Shown here: positions 18,046 to 28,753 of the stretch, one piece after another
Numbering within the stretch: the stretch's first letter is position 1
How the letters are laid out: each line of letters begins with the position of its first letter
Assembly: GCA_044376335.1 (NCBI GenBank)
Contig: JBIPMY010000001.1
Location: 1 to 59,072 of the forward strand
Length of the DNA: 59,072 bases
Reading direction: 5' to 3'
Origin: Bryobacter sp.
GTDB taxonomy: Bacteria; Acidobacteriota; Terriglobia; Bryobacterales; Bryobacteraceae
Program-made: the position numbers and the translations under genes
Notes under the pieces: generated by a model
What the model was told of the DNA's origin: nothing
What the model saw: the letters and a program-made list of their open reading frames with translations, nothing else
Database searches by the model: none

Positions 18046-21000
18046 ATGAGGCTCCTCGTATTTTTGGCTCTGTCTGCCCCTGTTTTCGCACAATCGCCCG
18101 TCAGTTTCAACCGTGACATACGTCCGATCATGGCCGATACCTGCTTTCGTTGCCACGGGCCAGACCAGAGTTCGCGCATGGCCAACCTTCGCCTCGATAT
18201 ACGGGAAGAAGCCACCAAGGCCAATCGTGCGGGGCGGACGCCGATCGTCCCTGGTAACCCGGATCAGTCTCAAATCATTGCCCGTGTTTTTCATACGAAC
18301 CCGGCCCGGCTGATGCCTCCGCCCTCGGCCCACAAGGAACTCACTGACAAACAGAAGGACACGATTCGCCGCTGGGTGGCCGAAGGCGCTGTCTACGAAG
18401 GCCACTGGGCCTACGAGCCGATCCGCAAGCCTGAAGGCAAGTCGATCGACAGCTTTGTGCAGGCGCGGCTTAGCCAGGTTGGCCTCAAGCAGGCCCCTGA
18501 AGCAGACCGGCGCACGCTGGTCCGTCGCGTGACGCTGGACCTCACGGGCCTACCGCCCACACCGATGGAGGTGAACCAATTTTTGGCGGACAAAAGTCCC
18601 AATGCTTATGAAAAGCTGGTGGACCGGCTGCTTGCCTCTAAAGCCCATGCCGAGAAGATGACGATGCACTGGCTTGATGCCGTGCGTTACGCCGACACCT
18701 CCGGCTTTCATGGCGATAACCTTTACCCTTCGTGGCCTTATCGCGACTACGTGCTCAATTCGTATTTGAGCAACAAGCCCTTTGATGTCTTCACTCGCGA
18801 ACAACTCGCTGGTGACCTGCTGCCTAACTCGACCACCGATCAGAAGGTTGCTGCTGCCTTTAACCGCCTCAATCGTTCTTCTGCTGAAGGTGGCTTGCAG
18901 CCCAAGGAATATCTGGCCAAATACGGCGCAGACCGCGTGCGTACGGTTTCGGCAGTCTGGCTTGGCGCGACGCTTGGTTGCGCAGAATGCCATGATCACA
19001 AGTTTGATCCGCTGCTCGCCAAAGACTTCTACGCGATGAAGGCCTTCTTTGCCGACATCAAAGAAACGGGCCTGGTGCCAGACCGCGGCAGCAAGGCCTG
19101 GGGCAGCGTGATGCCTCTGCCTAGCCCGGAACAGAAGCAGAAGATGGATGCAATCGTTGCCCGGATCGAGGCAATCAAGAAGGCCAGCACACCCAAACCC
19201 ACGGACGAAGCGTGGCAGAAGCAAGTGCTTGCCGATTATGAAGCGGGCAAGCTGGCCTGGAAGATCCAGCGCCCTCTTACAGCTGCCTCGCAGAACGGGG
19301 CCACGCTCAAGATCTACAACGAAGAAGAGATCGAAATGATGCCCTATGTCGGTGGCATCTTGCGGCAATATCGCGCCCCTGGCAATGGCCTCGTTGTGGC
19401 CAGCGGATTGAACCCCGATAACGAAACCTACACCGTCACCTTCAAGCCCGCGTCAGGCACTTATACTGCCTTCGGCCTTGAAGTTGTACAGGACGACACT
19501 TTGCCCAGCAACGGCATCTCGCGTGGTGGGGACAGGCTTGTGGTTACCGAGGTGGAAGCTCTCCATGGCAAGAAGGCTCTGCAATTTGTCAGTGCGACTT
19601 CGAATGTTTCTGACCCCTCGTGGGAGCAGCCCCCGCTTTCTGCGATCGACAACGACCCCAACACAGGCTGGGGCGTGCTCACGTATGGTGAAAACAAGAA
19701 TCCTTTTCTGGCGCTTCGACTTAAGGAAGCCTTTACGGCTAACGGCACTGAAACCATTACGGTGAAGATCCGGCATGACTCGATTACACGCAAGGCGGTG
19801 ATTGGCCGCTTCCGCGTGGCTCTCACGAGTGGCCAGCACTCCTGGCCTGAAGGCACCGACGTAACTGCGGCTCGCAATAAGGATGGCAAGAACCCTGGTG
19901 GCCTGCCGGAGCCTGTGATGAAGGCGCTGCGCAAAGAGGGCGAGATTGACCCGAAGACCCTGCCGCAGCACCGGCTGTGGATGGAAGGTGGTTTGGAAGA
20001 AATTGCTCGCCTCGAGCAGCAGCGCTTTTATCTCGATGCGGCCATCCCGAAAGTGCTGGCTACAGAAGCTGTAGAACCGGCGGAAACGCGGATTCTGCCG
20101 CGTGGGAACTTTCTCGACGAAACGGGCCCGATTGTTGAGCCGGCCATCCCCGTCAAATTCGGCAAGCTCAATACCAGCGGCCGCGCTACACGGCTTGACC
20201 TGGCCAACTGGATTGTCTCTAAAGACAATCCGCTGACGGCTCGCGTACAGGTGAACCGGATGTGGCGGCTCTTCTTTGGCACGGGCATCAGCAAGGTGCT
20301 CGACGACTTTGGCTCACAAGGGGAGACCCCGGTGAACCTCGATCTGCTCGACCATCTCGCCAGTGATTTTCGCAGCGACTGGGATAGCCGTCGGCTGGTG
20401 AAGTCGATCGTGCTGAGCCAGACCTACCGGCAGAGTTCTGTACCTGCCAAGGACGCTCTCGATAAGGACCCTGAGAACCGCCTGCTGGCTCGTCAGGCTC
20501 GGGTGCGGGTGGATGCTGAGGTTGTGCATGACCTTGCTTTATCCAGTGCTGGACTGCTGACGGAGCGGTTTGGCGGCCCGAGTGTTCGACCCTACCAGCC
20601 GGAAGGTTATCTCGCTTCGCTGAACTTTCCGAAGCGTGATTATGCTGCCAGCAAGGGGCGGGACCTTTATGCTCGTGGCCTTTATACGCAGTGGCAGCGC
20701 ACCTTTTTGCATCCGAGCCTGATGACCTTTGATGCGCCTTCGCGCGAAGAGTGCACCGTAAACCGGAGCAACTCCAATACACCGCTGCAGGCTCTGGTTC
20801 TGCTGAACGATCCTACTTATGTTGAAGCCTCGCGAGTCTTTGCGCAGAAGATGCTGACTGAGGGCGGCAAGACCTTGAGTCAACAAATCGACTGGGCTTT
20901 TGAGCGGGCGCTGAGCCGGCCCGCTACAGCAGAAGAGAAGAGCGTGCTGACGGAATTGCATGCCAAAAACCTGGCCCGCTTCAAGGCAGACCCGCAAGCA

Positions 21001-21126
21001 GCACGGCAACTACTGACGGTTGGCGATAGCCCGCTCACGGTAAAGATTAAGGCCGAAGAGCTGGCCGCAGCGGCTACGCTGACTCGCACCATTCTGAACC
21101 TCCACGAAACGATTACAAGGAACTAA
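18046..21126 (+). CDS. Planctomycete cytochrome c + DUF1549 + DUF1553 protein
   Basis: Signal peptide, CFRCHGPD, MPP, WLDAVRYADT.G, CAECHDHKFDP, NPLTARVQVNR, NTPLQAL.LLND, NLHETITR. Confidence 0.92.
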   Translation: MRLLVFLALSAPVFAQSPVSFNRDIRPIMADTCFRCHGPDQSSRMANLRLDIREEATKANRAGRTPIVPGNPDQSQIIARVFHTNPARLMPPPSAHKELTDKQKDTIRRWVAEGAVYEGHWAYEPIRKPEGKSIDSFVQARLSQVGLKQAPEADRRTLVRRVTLDLTGLPPTPMEVNQFLADKSPNAYEKLVDRLLASKAHAEKMTMHWLDAVRYADTSGFHGDNLYPSWPYRDYVLNSYLSNKPFDVFTREQLAGDLLPNSTTDQKVAAAFNRLNRSSAEGGLQPKEYLAKYGADRVRTVSAVWLGATLGCAECHDHKFDPLLAKDFYAMKAFFADIKETGLVPDRGSKAWGSVMPLPSPEQKQKMDAIVARIEAIKKASTPKPTDEAWQKQVLADYEAGKLAWKIQRPLTAASQNGATLKIYNEEEIEMMPYVGGILRQYRAPGNGLVVASGLNPDNETYTVTFKPASGTYTAFGLEVVQDDTLPSNGISRGGDRLVVTEVEALHGKKALQFVSATSNVSDPSWEQPPLSAIDNDPNTGWGVLTYGENKNPFLALRLKEAFTANGTETITVKIRHDSITRKAVIGRFRVALTSGQHSWPEGTDVTAARNKDGKNPGGLPEPVMKALRKEGEIDPKTLPQHRLWMEGGLEEIARLEQQRFYLDAAIPKVLATEAVEPAETRILPRGNFLDETGPIVEPAIPVKFGKLNTSGRATRLDLANWIVSKDNPLTARVQVNRMWRLFFGTGISKVLDDFGSQGETPVNLDLLDHLASDFRSDWDSRRLVKSIVLSQTYRQSSVPAKDALDKDPENRLLARQARVRVDAEVVHDLALSSAGLLTERFGGPSVRPYQPEGYLASLNFPKRDYAASKGRDLYARGLYTQWQRTFLHPSLMTFDAPSREECTVNRSNSNTPLQALVLLNDPTYVEASRVFAQKMLTEGGKTLSQQIDWAFERALSRPATAEEKSVLTELHAKNLARFKADPQAARQLLTVGDSPLTVKIKAEELAAAATLTRTILNLHETITRN

Positions 21127-21130
21127 GCAA

Positions 21131-22504
21131 ATGCAAGAAATCAATCTCAAACGGCGTGCGTTTCTGGGTAAGGCCTGTGCCGGTTTCGGCGTTGCGGCAC
21201 TCAATAATCTGCTGGCGGATTCTACTTATCGCCATCATGCCGCCAAGGCCAAGCGCGTCATCTTTCTCTATCAGGCTGGCGGGCCTTCGCACCTTGAAAC
21301 CTTTGACTCCAAGCCGAAGCTGGCCGAGATGCATGGCAAGCCGATGCCCGATAGTTTCACCAAGGGGCAGCAAATCGCCCAGCTTCAGGGCAAGCCGCTG
21401 ATCTGTTTCGGGCCACAGCAGAAGTTCAAGAAGTTCGGCAAGAACGGCCAGGAGATCTGCGATCTCTTTCCGCGCATTGGCGCTGTCTCTGACGAGATTT
21501 GCATCGTGCGATCGATGTGGACCGAGCAGATCAACCACGACCCCGCGCACACGATCATGAACACGGGCTCGATCATCACGGGCCGGCCGAGCATGGGATC
21601 GTGGCTCACTTATGGCCTTGGCGCGGAAACGCAGGATCTGCCGGGTTTTGTTGTCATGATGTCGAGCGGGCGGGGTGGGCAGAACCAGCCCATCGCCAAC
21701 CGGCAGTGGAGCGCCGGTATGCTGCCATCGAAGTTCCAGGGTGTCAAATTCAACTCCGTCGGCGACCCAGTGCTCTATGTGCGTAATCCTCCCGGTGTGT
21801 CCAATGACATGCAGAAGGATTCTATCGATGCTGTGAATCGTCTGAACCAAAAGCAGTTTGCGGCTGTTGAAGACCCTGAGATTCAAACGCGGATCTCTCA
21901 ATACGAGATGGCTTTCCGCATGCAGGCTAGCGTGCCTGATCTGGTAGATATGTCGAAGGAACCCGCGAGCGTGCTGGATCTTTATGGAGCCAAACCTGGT
22001 GATGGCAGCTTTGCCAGTAACTGTTTGCTGGCCCGGAGACTGGCCGAGCGCGGCGTGCGCTTTATCCAGCTTTATCATCGCGACTGGGATCATCATGGCG
22101 GCGTTAAGGACGGCATTGCGGCCAAGGCACAAGAAGTGGATCGCCCCACGGCTGCTCTGATCACGGATCTGAAGCAGCGCGGCATGCTGGATGAAACGCT
22201 GGTGGTTTGGGGTGGGGAATTCGGCCGCACGCCGATGTCGCAGGGTGGGGATGGCCGGGACCATCACATCAAGGGCTTCTCTTACTTCCTCGCTGGGGGT
22301 GGGATTAAGCCGGGCATTACTTATGGTGCGACGGATGACCTTGGATACGCTGCCGTGGAGAACCCGGTGAGCGTGCATGACTTCCACGCCACCATGCTGC
22401 ATGTACTGGGTGTGAACCATCTACGCATGACTGTGAAGTATCAGGGCCTTGATGTGCGCCTCACTGGAGTTTCCGGTGAGGTGGTGAAGAATATCCTGGC
22501 CTAG
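21131..22504 (+). CDS. DUF1501 domain protein, Tat signal
   Basis: RRAFL, KAKRVIFL...GGPSH.ETFD.KP, LLARRL.ERGVRF, WDHH, WGGEFGRTP, GRDH. Confidence 0.93.
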   Translation: MQEINLKRRAFLGKACAGFGVAALNNLLADSTYRHHAAKAKRVIFLYQAGGPSHLETFDSKPKLAEMHGKPMPDSFTKGQQIAQLQGKPLICFGPQQKFKKFGKNGQEICDLFPRIGAVSDEICIVRSMWTEQINHDPAHTIMNTGSIITGRPSMGSWLTYGLGAETQDLPGFVVMMSSGRGGQNQPIANRQWSAGMLPSKFQGVKFNSVGDPVLYVRNPPGVSNDMQKDSIDAVNRLNQKQFAAVEDPEIQTRISQYEMAFRMQASVPDLVDMSKEPASVLDLYGAKPGDGSFASNCLLARRLAERGVRFIQLYHRDWDHHGGVKDGIAAKAQEVDRPTAALITDLKQRGMLDETLVVWGGEFGRTPMSQGGDGRDHHIKGFSYFLAGGGIKPGITYGATDDLGYAAVENPVSVHDFHATMLHVLGVNHLRMTVKYQGLDVRLTGVSGEVVKNILA

Positions 22505-23709
22505 CGAATCCGTTCGTAGCGATAGCCGATTTGGTCGAGGGCGGCAAAGAGGGCGTCGAGGTGCTCGCTGCCGCGTGTCTCGATTGTGGCTTCAATGCTG
22601 GTGTTGCCGAGGGTTACGCCGTGATAGGCGCGCTCATGCGCCACTGTCACCACGTTTACGCGCATGTCGGCGAAGATGCCGGTGATGGCGTGGAGTGCGC
22701 CGGGACGGTCTGGGACAATCACGCGGATTCTGACGAGGCGGCCGTCTTTGACCATGCCGCGCTCGATGATGTGCGAGAGGAAGAGCGGATCGATGTTGCC
22801 TCCGCAGACTAGCGACACGGTCTTTTTGCCCTTGAGCTTGGTCTTGTTGTGAAGCAGGGCTGCTACTGCAGATGCGCCGGCTCCTTCGGCTACGGTCTTC
22901 TCGCGTTCAAGCAGGTAGAGAATTGCGCTTGCGATTTCTTCTTCTTCTACCGTTACTACATCGTCGACATACTTTTGCACCAGGGGCAGGGTGAGTGCTC
23001 CTGCTTTTCTGACTGCGATGCCGTCGGCGATGGTGCTTGCCGCTGGCAACTGGACGGGCTCATGCTTTTCGAGTGCGGCGATCATTGAGGGTACGCGGCT
23101 GGTTTGCACGCCTACCACCTTGATTTTCGGGTTGGTTTCTTTGATTGCCATGGCGATGCCACCAATCAGGCCACCGCCGCCGATGGGTACGAGAATCGCT
23201 TCTACGAAAGGATTCTGGCTCAGGATCTCAAGCCCGACGGTGCCTTGACCGGCGATTACGGCGAGGTCGTCGAAGGCGTGGATGAAGGTGAGCCCGTCGT
23301 CGATGGAGCGCCGCTTGGCCTCGGCGAGCGCCTCGTCGAAGCTCTTGCCAAAGAGCACTACTTCGCCGCCAAAGCGCTCTGTGGAATTGATCTTGGTGAT
23401 GGGGGCATGCTCTGGCATTACGATTACGGCGCGCACGCCGAGGCGGGTGGCATGATAGGCGACACCCTGAGCATGGTTGCCGGCTGAGGCGCAGATGACG
23501 CCTTTGGCGCGGTCTTCGGGCGACATGAGCAGGAGTTTGTTGAGGGCTCCGCGCTCTTTGAAGCTGCCGGTCATGTGCAGGTTTTCGAGCTTGAAGTAGG
23601 TTGGGTTGCCTGAGATCGCCGTGAAGGTTTCTGAATACTCGCACGGGGTGACGTGGATCGTGGGGCGAATGCGGTGGTGCGCCGCCTCGATATCGGTGAG
23701 AGTGATCAT
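22501..23709 (-). CDS. ilvA: Threonine ammonia-lyase with C-terminal ACT domain
   Basis: KLENL..TGSFKERGA, SAGNHAQGVA, PIGGGGL, GGNID, DRPGAL. Confidence 0.95.
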   Translation of the reverse strand: MITLTDIEAAHHRIRPTIHVTPCEYSETFTAISGNPTYFKLENLHMTGSFKERGALNKLLLMSPEDRAKGVICASAGNHAQGVAYHATRLGVRAVIVMPEHAPITKINSTERFGGEVVLFGKSFDEALAEAKRRSIDDGLTFIHAFDDLAVIAGQGTVGLEILSQNPFVEAILVPIGGGGLIGGIAMAIKETNPKIKVVGVQTSRVPSMIAALEKHEPVQLPAASTIADGIAVRKAGALTLPLVQKYVDDVVTVEEEEIASAILYLLEREKTVAEGAGASAVAALLHNKTKLKGKKTVSLVCGGNIDPLFLSHIIERGMVKDGRLVRIRVIVPDRPGALHAITGIFADMRVNVVTVAHERAYHGVTLGNTSIEATIETRGSEHLDALFAALDQIGYRYERIR

Positions 23710-23751
23710 GACGTCTCCATTGTGACCTGATTTGCCGTTCTGGCCCTGAAA

Positions 23752-23801
23752 AACTAATTCCTTAGTTGACCAGGTTTGTGAATCCTGCTACTAATTCTTT
23801 A
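23752..23801 (+). promoter_or_regulatory. Putative BlaI operators overlapping the promoter
   Basis: Palindrome AACTAA-ttcc-TTAGTT (23752-23767) overlaps TTGACC; a second copy ACTAATTCTTTA (23790-23801) lies just upstream of the blaI-like ATG. Confidence 0.6.
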
Positions 23802-23811
23802 AGAGTTCAAT

Positions 23812-24189
23812 ATGGCCCGCAAAGAATCTACAGTCCTCACCGAAGCTGAACACCGCCTTATGGACGTCCTTTGGACGCGCGGGGCGAGCACTGTCAGTGA
23901 GGTGCTTGAAGGTCTTAACCAAGATCCGCCGCTGGCCTACAACACTGTGTTGACCACGCTGCGCATCCTTGAAGAAAAGGGATACCTTAGCCACGACAAA
24001 GAGGGCCGGGCCTTTGTTTACAAAGCCAAGGTGCCACGCGAGAAAGCGCGCCAGAGCGCATTGCGGCTATTGATGAGCCGCTTTTTCGACAACTCTGCAG
24101 AACAGCTTGTGCACAATCTGCTGTCGAGCGAGAAGCTCACCAACGCTGAGATGAAACGCCTGAAGAAGATGATCGAGGAGGCCCGCTAA
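23812..24189 (+). CDS. BlaI/MecI/CopY-family repressor
   Basis: LTEAE..LM.VLW, LAYNTVLT.LRIL.EKG, GRAFVY, FFDNS. Confidence 0.95.
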   Translation: MARKESTVLTEAEHRLMDVLWTRGASTVSEVLEGLNQDPPLAYNTVLTTLRILEEKGYLSHDKEGRAFVYKAKVPREKARQSALRLLMSRFFDNSAEQLVHNLLSSEKLTNAEMKRLKKMIEEAR

Positions 24190-26261
24190 TGAACGAGATA
24201 CTCAACGGCTGGTGGCAAGGAATTCTGCTCACGGCAATTGTCTGGATCATCCTGCGAGACCTGCCTCGGGTCAGCGCCGCGACGCGGCTGGCCATCTGGC
24301 AAGTGACGCTGGCTGTTGTGCTGCTACTGCCTGTGATTCAACTCATACCAATGCCGCGGGAAGTGGTGCGCACAGAAGCGAAGCGGCAGCAAGAGAGCGT
24401 TAAAGCAATACCTGAGACCGTATCGGCTGCCCGGCAGGCACCAGTCATTGAGGTGCCAGAAGAAAATGCATTTCCGATATTGGCCAGCTTAGCGGCGCTC
24501 TTAGCGATCTTGCAGCTACTTCGTCTGGCAGTGGGATATTGGGCCGTACGACGTCTAAAGGGAAAGAGCCAAGCAAGCGGAATCTCACTCCCTAGCGTTC
24601 TCACGCGGGATGCCCAGATCCGTATCAGCGAACGCGTCGGGATGCCCATGGCCATTGGTTACTTTCATCCGGTGATTCTGCTGCCCAAGCGTTTGGTGGA
24701 ATCGCTATCGCCAGAGCAGCTTAACCAAGTGTTGCTGCACGAGTCAGCACACCTTGAGCGCAACGACGATTGGGTTGCTCTCTTTGAGCGCTTCATCCGC
24801 GCCATCTTCTTCTTTCAGCCGGCGGTGTACTGGATTGGCCGTCAAATCGACCGTGAGCGCGAAATGGCAACAGACGATTGGGTAGTGGCTCAATCTGGAC
24901 ACACGAAGCCCTATGCAGAAGCTCTTGCCCGAGTGGCCGAGTTTGGTTCTACCGGTCGCGCCCCGATTCTGGCTACTGGCGTTGGCCGCCGTAGAGAGAT
25001 CTTCAGGCGGATGGAGGCTCTGCTTGATTCGACTCGCAGCAAGATCCCTTACGTCTCTGGCCCGTTGGTGGTTGCCGCCAGCTTGTTGATGGTTTTTCTG
25101 GTGGTGCAAGCTGCACCGTTCAGTCATCTGCTGGGTTTTTCGGAATACCAATCGCGTTCGGTGATCAAGAACGGCAGCTTCCGGCGTGAATTCAAGCACC
25201 GGGGAGAGATTCACTTCAATGCGAGTGAAGATGATGTCGAGTCTATGGGGCCGGGCGCAAAACTGGCTATTGTCCGCAGTGAAAGCTGGAAGTCTCACTC
25301 GATTGAAATCGAATCAGACGAAGAGGGTAGAGTGGAACGACGCTACTTTGTGGGGGGTGTTGCACAGCCCTACAGCACCGATGCCAAGCGCTTACTGAAT
25401 CGCGAATTGCCACAGTGGCTTAAGGATTCGGACATCAACCTTCCCGAACGCCTTTCGCGTTGGGTGCAGGCCGAAGGGATCGAAGGGGCGATCCGCAAGA
25501 TCCGTAGCACGCTCAACAATGGCATCAAGCGTCGCTACATTGAAGAGTTGATCGCGGCTCACAAGGTGGACGCTTCGCAGTTCAGGGCGCTTTTGCGCAT
25601 CGCAGAAGAGATCGGATCTGATGACGACAAGCGCCGCCTTTTTGAGACCGTCCGTGACCAGGCCCTCACGCTTGGACTCGAGCCTGCTCTTCTTGACCTG
25701 ATCAACTCCATCCATTCTGATCACGACCGTGAGCACTTGTTGAAGGGTCTTTTGCCAGAGGTAAGCACAGGAAGCCTTCCAAACCTGTTCAGATCCATCG
25801 ATGGCATTCATGCCGATGGCACCAAGGCAGCCATCCTTCGGGAGGCAGTAAAGGAAATCCATCAGCCGCTTCCTGTCGCCTTCTTTACGAGTGCTGCGGG
25901 AGTGCATTCGAGCGGCGATCGCAAGGAGGTGCTGCTGGCGGCGCTGGAGCATCATGGCAATGAAGCCAGCACCGTGCAGGCGGTAGCAAAAGTAGCAGAA
26001 TCGATCTCCAACGACGGAGACAAAGCCGAAGTGCTGGCTGCTACGGCTTCCAACTTTATCGATCAACAAGCTATCCGGCAGGAATTCTTTGCCGCAACGA
26101 AATCCATCCACTCCACAGGCGATAGGAGCAGGGTGCTGAAATCACTGCTGCGGCGGCGCGATTTATCCCCTGAGACAATCCTCGCCATGAGCCGCATGGC
26201 AGAAGAAATGCCTCAGGGAGATGATCAACTGGTAATCTTGCGCGAGCTTAAGCTTCGATAA
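24189..26261 (+). CDS. M56 (BlaR1-like) peptidase with C-terminal helical-repeat domain
   Basis: TM segments, HESAH zinc motif, FFFQP, RE.ATDD; TAATG-coupled to blaI. Confidence 0.9.
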   Translation: MNEILNGWWQGILLTAIVWIILRDLPRVSAATRLAIWQVTLAVVLLLPVIQLIPMPREVVRTEAKRQQESVKAIPETVSAARQAPVIEVPEENAFPILASLAALLAILQLLRLAVGYWAVRRLKGKSQASGISLPSVLTRDAQIRISERVGMPMAIGYFHPVILLPKRLVESLSPEQLNQVLLHESAHLERNDDWVALFERFIRAIFFFQPAVYWIGRQIDREREMATDDWVVAQSGHTKPYAEALARVAEFGSTGRAPILATGVGRRREIFRRMEALLDSTRSKIPYVSGPLVVAASLLMVFLVVQAAPFSHLLGFSEYQSRSVIKNGSFRREFKHRGEIHFNASEDDVESMGPGAKLAIVRSESWKSHSIEIESDEEGRVERRYFVGGVAQPYSTDAKRLLNRELPQWLKDSDINLPERLSRWVQAEGIEGAIRKIRSTLNNGIKRRYIEELIAAHKVDASQFRALLRIAEEIGSDDDKRRLFETVRDQALTLGLEPALLDLINSIHSDHDREHLLKGLLPEVSTGSLPNLFRSIDGIHADGTKAAILREAVKEIHQPLPVAFFTSAAGVHSSGDRKEVLLAALEHHGNEASTVQAVAKVAESISNDGDKAEVLAATASNFIDQQAIRQEFFAATKSIHSTGDRSRVLKSLLRRRDLSPETILAMSRMAEEMPQGDDQLVILRELKLR

Positions 26262-26574
26262 CGACGGCGGTGCCGCTTACGCTCACCATCAGCATGGTGC
26301 CTTGTCCCGGTGAGATCTCTTCGTAGTCGAGGTCAATGCCGATGATTGCGTTGGCACCGAGGCGCTGGGCTTCTTCGCGCATCTCGGTCATGGCGATTTC
26401 TTTGGCCTTGCGCAGTTCCTTTTCATAGGTGGCAGAGCGGCCGCCGATGATGTCGGTGATGCCGGCAAAGATGTCTTTGAAGAAGTTTGTGCCGAGAATT
26501 GCCTCACCGGTTACGATGCCGATGTAGCGCTGGATTTTGATGCCTTCAAGGTTGGAAGTAGTTGTGAGTAGCAT
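26248..26574 (-). CDS. YbjQ/UPF0145 putative heavy-metal-binding protein
   Basis: [36 protein letters not shown]. Confidence 0.92.
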   Translation of the reverse strand: MLLTTTSNLEGIKIQRYIGIVTGEAILGTNFFKDIFAGITDIIGGRSATYEKELRKAKEIAMTEMREEAQRLGANAIIGIDLDYEEISPGQGTMLMVSVSGTAVVIEA

Positions 26575-26577
26575 TCA

Positions 26578-28746
26578 TCAAAAGAATCGCATGGAATAGT
26601 TAACAGCTACGCCACGGCCCATTTCTGGAGCGTATTCCTTGATGAAGGAAAGATGGTTGCGGTAGAGGCGGTTGTTGGCATTAAACACGTTGACTCCAAA
26701 GAAGTGGATGGTGTGTTTTTTCACCAGCGTGTAGCCGCCGCGCAGGTTTGCCGTTACGTAGCCGTCGGTGGGAGTTTCATTGGTAAACAAACGGGTCTGC
26801 CGGGCGGCGAGTATCATCTCTGGTGCTACGGAGAAGCTCCGATAGCGCAGGTCCAGCCCGAGGCGACCGCGGACTGGTGGTGTTCTTGGGGTTGCCAGCT
26901 TGGAATCCACTAACTCTGTACGCACTGCATCGAAGCCGGCATTGAGCCAGGCCCACTTGTTGAGACCTGCCTGCAAGCGCCCGTCAAAACCCGTGTAGCG
27001 GGTGTTGCCCTGTCGGTATCTTGCTTCCGGTAAGCCGTCTTCGATTGCGCCGGTGGGTGCAAGGAAGACCTGATCGCGAAGCCAGTAATTGAAGACGTTG
27101 AGCTCGGTCTTGATGCGGCCATCCTGACGGCGATAGGAGGCGTCGAGGCCGTCCATGCGCTCGCGACGCAAGTTCACATCGCCGATCTCGAAGGCGAGTA
27201 AGCCGGGGTGGGGGCCGTTGGCGTAGAGTTCTTCGAGCGCTGGTGCGCGGTAGGCGTGGGAATAATTTGCCACGAAGACGGACGAGCCGTCGAGTGGGAC
27301 GCTGATGCCGGCGCTGCCGGAGAAGCCGGTGAAGTTTCGCTCGCGGCCGAACTGAGGCTTGTAACGGTTGGTTTCGACGCGGCCGCCAAACTGGAGGCGT
27401 ACGCGTTCGAGGTTGAGGGTTTCGACGCCGTAGCCGGCAAAGGCATTCTGGATCGTTGGCGGGGTGATTGCCTCTGCTCCGATCGACTTGTAATCGCGGC
27501 GTAAGCCCCAGACGCCGAAGCTGCCTGACCAGGGCCCGCGCTTCGGTTGTTCTACGAGAAAGCGATAGTCGAGTTGCTTGTTGAAGAATTGCGTCTCAAG
27601 TTCTCCATTTGCGACTTCCTGATGCTTCCAGTCGCTGTAGTTGACGCTGTACTGGTAGCGGTCTCGCATGCCGCCGTTCAAGCGGAGGTTCCAGCGTTGA
27701 TTGGGCAGGGATACACTTTCGTGCCCGTGGCCTTCTTCTTCCTCTTCTTCGTCATGCTCTTCTTCGGGTTCGGTGGGCAATTGATAGAGCCCGCGCTGCA
27801 CGGCGAAGCTGCCGGTGAACCAGTTTCGCTTGCCGTAGTAGGACGCCCCGGTGCTGCCGCTGTAGGCGCGTGCGCGGGAGTTGAAGATGCGTTCTTCCGG
27901 GCTGCGGTAATCGCTGGTTCTCTGACCGCCGCTGGACAGACGGAAGACCCAACGCTCGAGGCCGAAATCCAGCCCGGCACTGCCGCCGTGCAGGCCGTTG
28001 TTGGTGCCACCGATGCCGGAGACGTAGCCGTGGATGCCTTTGTGGCCCTGGTCTTTGGCTTCATGATGGCCGCTTACCATGTTGACGACACCGCCAATTG
28101 CGCTGGAGCCGTAGAGCAACGTGGCTGGGCCACGTACTACTTCTACACGGTCAAGCCCTTGCGGGTCTACCGGCTCGCCATGGTCTCCACTTTGGGCCCC
28201 GAGGGTGCCTGTGCGTACGCCGTCCTGGAGAATCAGGACACGGTCTCCATCGAAGCCACGAATTACGGGACGGGAGGAGCCCGGGCCGAAGCTTCGCTTG
28301 TGGATGCCGGCTTCGCCATCGAGAACATCGCCCAGGGAGGTGGCCGATTTGGCCGCCAGGGTGGTGGAATCGAGCGTGAGCGTGGATGAAAAGGTTTCTA
28401 GAAAAGTCTCAGCCTTGCCTGCGGAAGAGGTGACTGTCAGCTCCTGACGGAGGGGGGAGACGCCCATTTCGAAGTTCACTTCGCCGTCGGTCTGATCGGT
28501 TAATTCCACTGTGCGGCGGACATCGCTTAAGCCTTCGCCTACAGCTACCAGAGTGTATTTGCCAGCCTTAACGTCGGCAAACTCGAATTTGCCCTGGTCG
28601 TTGCTTTCGACTACCCGGCCCGTCGGCAGCAGCAAAACTGTAATGTTATGAAGCACTTCGCCATTAGCCTGGAGCTTCACCGTACCTCGAATTGCCGCTG
28701 CCTGAAGGACTGCGCCGACCAAAAACGTTAATAAGAATGATTTCAC
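26578..28746 (-). CDS. TonB-dependent receptor, ZnuD-like, with His/Glu-rich loop
   Basis: GTG start reassigned. SRPVIRG...DRV, VEVVRGPATLLYGS.AIGGVVN plug motif, EEEHDEEEEEGHGHE loop, C-terminal F. Confidence 0.9.
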   Translation of the reverse strand: MKSFLLTFLVGAVLQAAAIRGTVKLQANGEVLHNITVLLLPTGRVVESNDQGKFEFADVKAGKYTLVAVGEGLSDVRRTVELTDQTDGEVNFEMGVSPLRQELTVTSSAGKAETFLETFSSTLTLDSTTLAAKSATSLGDVLDGEAGIHKRSFGPGSSRPVIRGFDGDRVLILQDGVRTGTLGAQSGDHGEPVDPQGLDRVEVVRGPATLLYGSSAIGGVVNMVSGHHEAKDQGHKGIHGYVSGIGGTNNGLHGGSAGLDFGLERWVFRLSSGGQRTSDYRSPEERIFNSRARAYSGSTGASYYGKRNWFTGSFAVQRGLYQLPTEPEEEHDEEEEEEGHGHESVSLPNQRWNLRLNGGMRDRYQYSVNYSDWKHQEVANGELETQFFNKQLDYRFLVEQPKRGPWSGSFGVWGLRRDYKSIGAEAITPPTIQNAFAGYGVETLNLERVRLQFGGRVETNRYKPQFGRERNFTGFSGSAGISVPLDGSSVFVANYSHAYRAPALEELYANGPHPGLLAFEIGDVNLRRERMDGLDASYRRQDGRIKTELNVFNYWLRDQVFLAPTGAIEDGLPEARYRQGNTRYTGFDGRLQAGLNKWAWLNAGFDAVRTELVDSKLATPRTPPVRGRLGLDLRYRSFSVAPEMILAARQTRLFTNETPTDGYVTANLRGGYTLVKKHTIHFFGVNVFNANNRLYRNHLSFIKEYAPEMGRGVAVNYSMRFF

Positions 28747-28753
28747 ATTCTCA

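Noticed and set aside
21113-22420. 435-aa minus-strand ORF
   Set aside because: Antisense to DUF1501 with no motifs; a typical high-GC shadow frame. The same applies to 11646-12605, 27547-28389, 43491-44513 and 50650-51510.
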